From Octopus vulgaris (lineage: Eukaryota): a stretch of 64,000 nucleotides of DNA. Positions 53,600 to 64,000 of the stretch are shown here, piece by piece. The notes under the pieces are model-generated. The model was not told the DNA's origin. It was given only the letters and a program-made list of their open reading frames with translations, and did no database searches. The DNA lies in NCBI GenBank assembly GCA_951406725.2, contig OX597826.1, forward strand, positions 40,548,001 through 40,612,000. The letters are read 5' to 3'. The translations under genes were made by a program, and so were the position numbers. Every line of letters starts with the position of its first letter. Position 1 is the first letter of the stretch.

Positions 53600-55960
53600 T
53601 TGAGAGCTCAGATTCGAAAAGAATATTTTCATTTTAATAACAAACATGGTGATATATGCATTGCTCAGTGACATGGAGGAGGAAGTCACAAGTAGATACG
53701 ACAAAGAATTGCAATATATGTCAGAGTCCTCCGCCTTCAACCCTCAAATAGAAGGGGAGGTGAATACTCACCAACTTCAAAGTTCAGTGGACCAGACTAC
53801 TAGTATGACGACTAACAGCAGCAGCAACACCAACAATAACATCACGGCACGGGAATTCAATTCCAACCAAGAAATTGACTTCTTCTCCTATAAAGTGACA
53901 ATACCACAGACATCAACAACACTGACAACGTAACCACGAACACAGCCACCACCAACACCATCACCACCACCACTGCAACAACAAAAGTTATGACAGCAGG
54001 AAAAAGACAAAAACAACAGTAGCCACAGCTACACAAAAATGGCAACAATGATTCAAACGTGAATAACAATAACAACAACATGCTCGCAGTGACTGCTTCT
54101 AAAGATACTGAACTGTATAATGGGAATATACTACAAAAAGACATATGTCTGGCCCAAGCAGCCACACTGATCAAATTCGAAAATTCATGGACTGGCATAG
54201 CCATTCTCTTGCCGCTCCTTCCCCGTAGTGTTGGCAAGAACACGAAAAAAAATGTAATAACGTGTTTCCATACATGTAACAAATGTAATGTGTTTCCATA
54301 AAGACAAAACGGCCGGAGACAGCGATTCAGATAGATATGGAAGAAATTATGTCCGACATACAGTACATCTCGAGAGCCAAACAATTTGTAGGCATATCAG
54401 TGCTCTTCATAAATGAAGCTCTGGCCGTCAGACACTCCGTGATTCCTTGACGAAGAGATATGATCTCCATCTATCATATTTATGGTGGAGAACGGTGAGA
54501 TTAAGGTCTCAGGAATTCTACCTGAAGTAAATATATGGAAGGTTTTAACGTGCATCATCTTGATAGGAAGTGACATCCTCCTGAAGGTGAAGCGAACCCG
54601 TCGTGAAAACTGCCCTGGGACCAGTGTGGTGCTGATATTCCTCATCAACCTAAACACTATCCACAAGATTCCAGACCTCATTTGGCTTCCGGGATGGGGA
54701 GCTGCATGTTACGGTCGCTCTCACATGTGTAGGGAAATTGACAACTGGCAGGAACAACAAAATTAGCAACTGCTGGAACGACTCCAACACCAGCAACACC
54801 AGCAACACCAACAAAACCAGCAGTAGTTCCATCATCACCACCTTCAACAACATAAATAAAAATAAAGGACACATAAATGTCAAGGGATTCTCCCAACGAA
54901 GCTCTCCCTCTCCCCTTTTCTGCTTTCTCTGAATTCAAACATACTTATAGCCTCTCACCAAGATTCAACATATACTGATACCCCCGCATCATGCAGTGAA
55001 AATAAAAGCCCTAAAAACCAACGAAAAACAATTAAACATCATATCTCACACCAACACATACCAAACAACATAGAAAACACACTCACAACAATCACAGACA
55101 CTACAACACCAATCTCTACAGCACCACATTCGTCAACGCTTCTGCCGCTTCCACTACGGGCTCCATCAGCACTACCACAACCGAACAATCCACTAAACGA
55201 AAACACACTCAACAGCAGCAACCAACCACACAAACACAAAAGTTCGTGTTATGAGGAGGGTCAATAAAGAAGTGATGACTCTCAAATTTATGCGTCCCTT
55301 AGTCGGCTTGAAATGGGAGGTGAGGTGGCAGTGCTGTTTAGGAAAGACCTGGATCTCGAGGTACAGACGATCTTCCCGGACCCCTGTTCGAGATGTGCGC
55401 AGAGCGATGGAAACGTTCTGCATGCACACATCCAGTATCCGGACATTGCAGACTTGTGGGGCTTTGTCGGACACGCAGTTTTCGCATGTAGGACAGATCC
55501 GGTTATCGGCCTAGTCCATCGCGAAGATGGCCCCATCGCTTTCTTTAGGCCTAGCGGGAGGCACAGTTTTCCTGCCTGGTTGCTATAGCAAAAGAGGTAG
55601 TGTAGTGGATGAGGTTAGAAGGACTGAAAACAGAGATATTTTCCTCTTCGGCCAAGCTTTCATCGACTTTTTAAAATTCCACTTGAAAAGGAAATTGGAG
55701 GAGGAAAGGTAAGTGTTGCACTCTAGTATCTTTGGTTGAGAGGTAAGTGAAAGTTGCGAGGAATGTTGCAGTTTGAACATACGTCTATACGCTAGTGGGA
55801 ATGAAAAGGAGAGAAGTACCTGGTAGCCTGGGCTACCCTTGTAGATCGAGGTGACCTGGATGTGTGGTTTCCCAAGGTGGAATTCCCTCCTCTTGGGGAT
55901 TTTATTGTTTATATTTTGTTGTTAATTGTTACTGTTTTATTTACACGCATTTTTGTGTTA
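53600..55960 (+). mobile_element. Internally deleted L1/Tx1-type LINE relic
   Basis: ORF1-like IKVSGILPEV...CYG...HMCRE; APE remnant GGEVAVLFRKDL...FPDP fused directly to zf-RVT remnant CSRCAQSD..VLHA...LW; CAA-rich low-complexity linkers. Confidence 0.6.
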
Positions 55961-56084
55961 AGTTCAACTTGACTCTTGTTTCAGTATTGTCCTTTTCTCT
56001 TGCGTTCGGCCTTTATGGCCAATAGCGAAAAGATTGTTATTATTATCATTGCTGTAGTTGTTATTGCTGTTGTTGTTGCGTGCA

Positions 56085-56588
56085 TGCATACTTACATACA
56101 TACATACACACACACATACATACATACATACATACATACATACATACAACATACATACATACAGACATACATACATACATACAACATACATACATACAGA
56201 CATACATACACACACACACACACATACACACATACACACATACATACATACATACAACATACGACATACATACATACATACAGACATACAAACATACACA
56301 CACATACATACGTACATACATACATGCATACACACACATATATACGTACCTGCATACATACATACATACAGACAGACAGACATACATACATACATACATG
56401 CAGACAGACAGACAGACACACACACGCACACATACGTACATACATGCATACACACACACATACACACATACATACATACATACATACATACATACATACA
56501 TACATACATACATACATACATACATACATACATACATACATACATACATACATACATACATACATACATACATACATACATACATACA
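56085..56588. repeat. Compound (CATA)/(CA)/(CAGA)n microsatellite
   Basis: Direct reading. Confidence 0.97.
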
Positions 56589-56758
56589 TTATGGCTGCCC
56601 CCTCGTTATCGAGTATGGCCATTGCACAAAGCTTAACTGTTACTGGTGCTGTGATCGAATGTGACTTTTTAGCCCAGCTAAAGATCTACAATGTCTTGTA
56701 CAAAATTGGCAACTAAAACCTTTACCGGTAACAGCAGGCTGTAGTTGTAACTGGGCTA
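56589..56758 (-). mobile_element. Extreme 3' stub of an RTE-type LINE within (ATGT)n
   Basis: FSCQFCTRHCRSLAGLKSHIRSQH* terminal C2H2 finger, short 3' UTR, then (ATGT)n on both sides. Confidence 0.7.
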
Positions 56759-57234
56759 TACATACATACATACATACATACATACATACATACATACATA
56801 CATACATACATACATACATACATACATACATACATACATACACAATTCTTTCTTTGTATTTGTGGAATGTTTTTTCATATGCTGAAAACTTGTTTAATGT
56901 ATCCGGTTATTGTTGGTGTCACCTCACTCATGACTTATGTTTCCCTGATCCGCCTAAAGGAAATACCATCAAAAACGTCCGGGTAGTTAATCCTTACCAT
57001 GCTTAGATCCATCTTTCTATTTCTACAGCCTTCAGTTATGAATTCGTCGATTAATAGTTGACTCTTACAGCCCTATGAGCTTTGCAGCAACCCATGCGCC
57101 CTTCTGGAAACGAGGGCTGGTCACATGCTTATTTATTCTTTGTGGTATCATTGCAAAAGAGGTATTCCAAGCTGTAGGAAGGCAGGTTATGAGTCTGTGT
57201 AGTCTTTCAGTTTTGCTACGATCCATTTACTCAC

Positions 57235-57287
57235 CTTCCTGCTCTATTGTCATTACGTAAATATAACGCTGGAAATGTGCTTACTGT
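57235..57287 (-). other. Candidate 53-nt spliceosomal exon of an unidentified host transcript
   Basis: Long polypyrimidine tract + CAG acceptor; AAG|GTGAGT donor; one open frame TVSTFPALYLRNDNRAG. Confidence 0.35.
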
Positions 57288-58469
57288 CTGAGAGAGATAA
57301 TAAGAGGAATAAAGGAAAAGATGAAGAAGAGCTCAGAGAGACTTGAGTAATGTTAAAGTTTATGATGATCCTAGCAAGACTCGATACTGCGAACATGTTT
57401 TACAAATAAGTTCTATGAACAAAATGTTTAGAATTTATGGAACTTTATCCGCAGTGTGGTGTGCTGCCAATCATAATTTTGGCTGGTTATTATATAAAAT
57501 TTATTTACATATATATGGAATAATATCTGAATTCAGATGTAATCTCAAAGTACCTTGACTTACCAGTTTCAAATGAACAACAGTTAGCGCTGATTTTCGT
57601 TATTTGTTAAATTGAAGAATCGGTCTGACAATTTGAATGAAAAAAAATTTTATAAAAAAATTAAATGACATGAAAAAAAATCTTTTTATATATATTATTA
57701 TATCATCGCATAATTTTGATTCTTTGACATCAGGAATAAAACTAGTGAATGCTAACCGAGGCAGTGATATTTGTTTAACCTTAGAATTTCAAAGAATAAT
57801 CTTTATATGTTTACCATCCAAAAAACATGGCCGGGAGGTGGAAATGGGAATATGTTTGAAACATTAACACAATGTTTTCATTTTATTTATATATTCTTTT
57901 GTGTAAATATTTTATAACAAAGGTTAGGAATAGATATTGATTTATTATATATCTCCTGGTTTGTATGCAATAATATCTATTCCTCCATGCCATTTCTATT
58001 TTTTTTTAAATCGTTTTCCTTATATAACTTTTTGTGTTATCTGTGATTTAAAAGTAAACTCAGTTCAAGACTTGTGTGATGCTGGTATGTTAGTATTGTA
58101 ACCTGCATGTGGTTGGTAATTAAAAAATGAACTATTAGAATTTTTTAGAGTAGAAAAGATTAATGGTTTGATCTAGTGGAAGAGGTTGTACCAGTGGCCT
58201 GATATGACTGTCCATGACAAGTTTTTATGTCCTGTATAAACTGATGGCTGCTGAGAAAAATATGAACTGACGAGGGAGATTCTATATAGTCGTCTGAGGG
58301 AGAAGAAATAGCAACCAAATCTGTTAAATTACAGCATACTGCCTTTAAAAGATCCAAGGATGCTCGAACATTGCAGATATGCAATTCCTGGAAAAGGATA
58401 GGATGATCGTGATTGGAACCCCTGCTTGTTTATGACGGACCCGCGGTTAATCAACAACAAAAATATAAA

Positions 58470-58780
58470 AGAATTCCAGAGGGAGGATATTCAAGAGAAA
58501 AGGACCAGGTGTAGTATTTTATGTGGGACCTGGAAGGGGATGGACACAACTGGAGATGCAGGAAAAGGAGATATTAGTGAATCTGATATACCGTATTAGA
58601 GATGATACCATACCAGTCAGTTCAAAGGAGGCCACCATAGTAGCGGTAGAAACTGCTGACAGAGAGAACATATGGAGTGCGTTGGGGAGTTACAGCAAAA
58701 ACTATTCATCGACGTTTTTAGTGGGGGATGTATTTGTGTGGCAGCACCACCCACATAGCAACTAAGAGATCTGTGGTCTA
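58470..58780 (-). mobile_element. CR1/Zenon-like LINE 3' relic
   Basis: Minus-strand remnants SVSSFYRYYGG...EL...SLWNS. Confidence 0.5.
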
Positions 58781-58970
58781 TTGTTGGTTACCCAAACTAC
58801 CTATGTATCTATCTATCCATCTTTCTGTATCTGACTATCCATCTACCTATTTGTCTGTTTGTCTATCTATCTATACACACACACACACATTTCAAAATGT
58901 GACCTCATGTGTACCGTTTGCGATTTTTTTTCCCTTTGTCTTCCCTTCTCTGGATCTTTCCTTCTCCTAT

Positions 58971-59005
58971 GTTTCCGACGAAGAGCTCCGCTCGAAACGT
59001 TAAAC
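58971..59005 (+). ncRNA. Minimal type I hammerhead in a short pLTR-like repeat (about 58895-59105)
   Basis: gttt-CCGACGA-a-gagc-tcc-gctc-GAAA-cg-TT-aaac. Confidence 0.7.
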
Positions 59006-59101
59006 CCTCCTTCTTTCCTTATTTCCTGAGCGTCCAATAATACTATATTTGTTCCACGTCCTCGCGTTGTTGTGTTTTTTTTTGTGCTTTCTTGTTTGGA
59101 T

Positions 59102-59174
<73 letters not shown>

Positions 59175-59175
59175 A

Positions 59176-60104
59176 AAAGTAAGCAGGAGTACTGGTTTTG
59201 TAGTTTTTACATATTTTCCAATGTAAATACTGTCGTGGCGATTTTTGTATTCGTTTGGTGGCAGCACAGAACATCCCGAGACGAGGTGGTCTATTGTTTC
59301 CTCAAATTTATCGCAGAATCTGCATTTAGGTTGAGAACCGTTCATAAGAATGTTAGCCTGGTAGTATTTTGTAAGCAAGCCGTGATCTTGTACCGTTAAT
59401 ATGAAACCTTCAGTCTCTGCTTTCAGTCCCGAGCTTCTCAGCCACTGGTGGGTTGTTGCTTGGTCTACATCAGCATTTCGGCTTCGAAGTATATACTGTC
59501 TTTGCAGAGGCTTCTGGCTCCACTGCTCCTCAGTTTGTTTCTACCCGTTCTTTTTTGCAGTGTTTGATCCGGTTTGCTTTTTTCGTGGCAGTGGTTTCAG
59601 ATTCTTCACCTAATTCAGGGCTAATTCCAAGTTCCCTTGCGAATTTGCATGCGTCCTTAACAATAGAATGTAATCTTTTGCTGCTTTCGTGTTTGCACAC
59701 AAGCCATAGCATCTAGGCCTCTGTACTAGATAGGTACTTGTTCATTGCTATTGTGGAAGTTTTATAGCACAGACCTACCTGCATCATTCCTCTTCCTTCA
59801 CTACGTCTAGGTTGGTACAGACGATCAACGTCTGCCTTTGAGTTGTGCATTTTGTTAAATGCTAATAGCTTTCTCGTTTTCCTGTCCTGGCGTTGGAGTT
59901 CTGTAAGATTCCAGTTAATGATGTTAAAATTGTATTGGACTACTGGAAGTGCTGGGGTATCAATGGCTTCGATACAATTTTTGAAGTTGAGTTCAGTTTT
60001 TAGTATGAGTTCTACCTTCTGTAATACTCCTTTCGTATTTTTTCTTTCATAGTTGCATGTTGTATACCATCTCCTTTATTTATCCCCAGGTATTTACAGC
60101 CTTA

Positions 60105-60105
<1 letters not shown>
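59176..60105 (-). mobile_element. R4/Dong-clade non-LTR retrotransposon fragment
   Basis: KYLG, DRKTRKLL, ADVDRLY, WLRSSGLKAETEGFI, CRFC...ETIDHLVSGC...EYKNRHD; truncated 5' end fused to (TAA)n. Confidence 0.88.
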
Positions 60106-60106
<1 letters not shown>

Positions 60107-60156
<50 letters not shown>

Positions 60157-60170
60157 CATCATCATCATCA

Positions 60171-60201
<31 letters not shown>

Positions 60202-60215
60202 CATCATCATCATCA

Positions 60216-60291
<76 letters not shown>

Positions 60292-60321
60292 AATCATCAT
60301 CATCATCATCATTATTATTAT
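60107..60321. repeat. (ATT)/(ATC)n microsatellite
   Basis: Direct reading. Confidence 0.97.
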
Positions 60322-61188
60322 CACCTATATTGTCAATAATTTGTATATTTTTAAAGGTTTTTATCAAGGCTAATTAACTTAATACCTGAGAGATATTATG
60401 CTCTTCACTCGGTATTTTCAGTCCCATACCTTCGGTACAATTAAGGCCTTCTAATATAAATAAAGAGAAGAATTTGTAACTAACGGAGCAGAATAAGAAT
60501 GAGTGGGCGATGGTGTAGAAATAATGAAGGAGAGAGGAATCTGTTTACGCTGCCATATTCAAAACAAATCTCATTAATGATGAAGAAAATAATTGAGATG
60601 GAAAAACAATTCATGATTTAATTTCCAGTCCATTCAGTGAATTAGCAAACTCGAATTAACGAACGACATCAAAATCCAAATTAAGAATTTACATTTTTAA
60701 GTGGACAATAACAACAAAAATGGAACAAAAAGTCCACTACAGTCACACTTTCAACACGCGATAATGGTAATTCCATCTATGAAATTACCAGGAAACTCAC
60801 AAGAAACACAACTTTACGGCGGGTAATCGCGAGGCTGAAACAGCCAATTACTCTCAATAATTTGCCTAAAAATGATATTGCAGGATATTATTCCGTTCGG
60901 CTACGCACTATATTACTTTCGTTATGGATTTTAATAGTAATGCCAAAAGAAATGGTTCATTTGACCCCCTAGAATACCGAAACTACATTAAAACAACGAA
61001 AAAGGTTAAAATCTACATTGAATGACATCGTGTAAACATTACCCCCAAATATATTTATTAATGCAGCACAATATCAATGTGGACCTGACTATCGGATGTT
61101 GCTATAAAGCACTAGTCACATTTCGCTTCCTCGTATTGCTGTAGGTTTCGAATGATTCCACCCCACTGGCTACCCAGGCAAGCAGATT

Positions 61189-61445
61189 TCATTCACTGGA
61201 CTGCGGCCATGCTGGAGCATCATCTTGAAGGGTTTCGTCGAACAAATCAACCCTAGTACCTATTCTGTCTATGTCTGGTACTTGTTCTACTGTTCTCTTT
61301 TGCCGAACCGCTAGATTACGGGGACGTAAACAAACTAATACCCGTTGACAAGTTGTATTGGTGGCCACACACAAACACAAAGATATACGTAGATAAATAC
61401 ACATATATAAACGTCAAGCTTCTCCCAGTTTCTATCTACCAAAAC
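61189..61445 (-). mobile_element. Diverged family C SINE, head missing
   Basis: ctgcggccatgctggagca...tttgccgaaccgct...cagtttctatctaccaaa. Confidence 0.75.
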
Positions 61446-61449
61446 CATT

Positions 61450-62444
61450 GGGGCTGTACTCGAAATCCTGCTTCACGACGCTCGTCGCCACTGCGGCCAC
61501 TGCACCCACACCAGAAGAAGGAGTAACCGGTTTCGACCTCAGTTATTGACCTTTGTCTACAAGCCTAGTCTCGTTCAGAGCTGCAATGCCAGATTTTGTC
61601 CTGCTGAGTTCTCTTGCGACAAGTGCTTTCCATCTCGTAGGTCTGTTTGCTTTGGAGCTGTCTATTTGTGTTCACACGTTCCATATGCCAATGGTGAGCG
61701 ATATCACCGATGTTTTCGACGGTATAGTTGGGATCCCCGCATACTGCAGTAAGCAGACCAGGGTGAGGTGGAGCGGGTCATGTTTAGGACAGCTTTTGTA
61801 GCCCCTTCCTCAGGCCATGGAGGTGAGCAGAGTAATTCTAGAATGGGTAATCCTCGGACATCCAAAGTGCTGCCGAACACTACTGCTGTTTCGGTCAGTG
61901 GAGAACGACCTTATGTCCTAGACTGCCTGTGAGTAGGTTTGTGACTACAGCTTCCAGTACATCCATACCTGCTGCTTTGTCATTTGCCCTTCTCCACAAG
62001 ACTTGAATATGGATCTGGGAAGGTGTGATGTCTTGACTCGCGCGTGACATGTATTAAAGTGAAGGAGTGTTGCAAAACGCCGTCTGCCTCACTCTCTTAC
62101 TCCTTCCTACCTGATTTCAGTGGCAGAACGAAGACAAGACAACTAGAGATAGGTCAAGATGCAGAGGATGGCCACAATGTCCTTCATGTCTCACCGTGCC
62201 TTAAACAATGTCTGCTGGTCTGCCTTCCTGCCCGTTGAACCAATCCCGTAGTTTCCTCCCCACTATCCGTCGGGTCCAGTCTTTACATGCGTAAGTAGAC
62301 AACCTCTTGCTCACCGAGGGTTCAAAGCCTTCAGCTACCCTTGCTATGTTTAAGACGGCCTGTGGAAGCCGTTGCTCGGGGTATGACCGCAGTAGCTAGC
62401 GGAAAGCTTCGAGGAGTCACAGATGAGAGCTAGGTGTCAGGTGG
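61450..62444 (-). mobile_element. RTE-BovB-type LINE 5' UTR + APE N-terminus
   Basis: Minus strand: LTIGIWNV*T...ALVARELSR...IAALNETRL.DKGQ...GYSFFW...SGRSGDERREAG. Confidence 0.85.
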
Positions 62445-62514
62445 CGCGCACACGCACACACACGCATCCACAAACACACACATACATACATAGACAGAGG
62501 TAGGGAGGAAAATA

Positions 62515-62716
<202 letters not shown>

Positions 62717-62784
62717 GAAACTGACCTATTTTCTATTACATCTCAGACGGATTCAGCGCTGAGATGCTGATTCATAAAAATCTT

Positions 62785-62950
62785 TATAGCAAATATCCTG
62801 TTCAATACCGCAGATTTACATGTCAGTTGCTTGACCTTAGCCACTGGAGCATGTCTCTTAATGGCTGACAATATGTACATCTCTGATCATGAGCAGGAGT
62901 AGAGGATGAGCATCATAGCCATAAGTTAACAGATTCTTTGAGGTTTTAAT
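62785..62950 (+). mobile_element. Family A element, internal fragment
   Basis: Reverse complement of about 1000-1160. Confidence 0.65.
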
Positions 62951-63366
62951 AACTGTGACGAAAGTTTGAAGGAAATATTAGCCATTTTTCATACTTTCCA
63001 AGTGTAAACAAATAGAAAATAACAGTTGCTACCCAAGGTCAAAAGTCGTGTAACATAATATTATTTTATAATCAAATTGTTTTGTTAATTAGCTAATCTT
63101 AATTAGAAAGATAAGAGTGTAACTAAGACCAAGATTAAAGAGATTGATTTTAATTTTTCTTGGACATCTGTAGAAAAAGTATTGGTTAAGAATTCCAGAG
63201 GGTTGCTGCTTTGCCGCAGCTTGAGTGGAATGTTTCGTGTAGTGGTCTAGCAGGTGAGTCAGGGTGGATCAGCGTTCATGGAAAGAAGAGATACGGGTTC
63301 AAATGCATTTTCTGGTTCTCGGTAAAGAGGGCATGCAGACAGGTAGTGAAGAAAAACTAAACAAAT

Positions 63367-63778
63367 AGTGGCTGTGTGGTAAGTAGCTCGCTTACCAACC
63401 ACATGGTTCCGGGTTCAGTCCCACTGTGTGGCATCTTGGGCAAGTGTCTTCTACTATAGCCTCGGGCCGACCAAAGCCTTGTGAGTGGATTTGGTAGACG
63501 GAAACTGAAAGAAGCCCGTCGTATATATATATATATATATATATGTGTATGTGCGTGTATGTTTGTGTGTCTGTGTTTGTCCCCCTAGCATTGCATGACA
63601 ACCGATGCTGGTGTGTTGACGTCACCGTCACTTAGCGGCTCAGCAAAAGAGACCGATAGAATAAGTACTGGGCTTACAAAAGAATAAGTCCCGGGGTCGA
63701 GTTGCTCGATTAAAGGCGGTGCTCCAGCATGGCCGCAGTCAAATGACTGAAACAAGTAAAAGAGTAAAAAGAGAGTAA
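63367..63778 (+). mobile_element. CORE-like tRNA SINE, family C
   Basis: Reverse complement of 15160-15580. Confidence 0.92.
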
Positions 63779-63898
63779 ATACTAGGATTCGTGTCGATTT
63801 GTCACAGCATATCATCGATTTGACACTGAAAAAAAAGGGTAACGCAAGGTGAAATTCCGTAAGATTTCAAATCAGAAATAAATTTCTGAACATACATT

Positions 63899-64000
63899 GG
63901 CGCGGGTGTGGATGCATGGTAAGAAGTTTGCTTCCCAATCACATGGTTTCAGGTTCAGTTCCCCTGTGTGGCATCTTCAGCAAGTGTCTTCTACCATAGC
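63899..64000 (+). mobile_element. Family C SINE head, runs off window edge
   Basis: ggtaagaagtttgcttcc...ggttcagttccc...caagtgtcttcta. Confidence 0.8.

Overview
AT-rich, microsatellite-dense eukaryotic DNA. The SINE families and repeat landscape look like an octopus/cephalopod genome; this is inferred from remembered repeat motifs, not from a search. The window is essentially intergenic or intronic. No host protein-coding gene can be established, only one or two candidate minus-strand exons, and most ORF-track entries are translations of (TA)n, (CATA)n, (GATA)n and (ATT)n tracts. Retroelements present: a near-full-length but disabled RTE LINE (26266-29423), a Naiad-type Penelope-like element (PLE) with an open 485-aa RT+GIY-YIG frame and a perfect 52-bp terminal inverted repeat (29506-31373), several other PLE fragments, and RTE-BovB, R4/Dong, Hero, CR1/L2, L1/Tx1 and BEL/Pao remnants. 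DNA elements present: a Chapaev3 transposon, Tc1 and mariner relics, and a non-autonomous Helitron. There are at least three tRNA-derived SINE families and at least seven hammerhead-ribozyme motifs. The most notable observations are a PLE relic with a Ulp1/SUMO-protease-like segment fused upstream of its RT, a palindrome built from two divergent hammerheads, a recurrent non-canonical stem II junction in the hammerheads, an HDV-like ribozyme relic in a BovB 5' UTR, and a non-coding element apparently targeted to (TAA)n. All family assignments come from motif recognition by eye, and coordinates of degraded elements are approximate.
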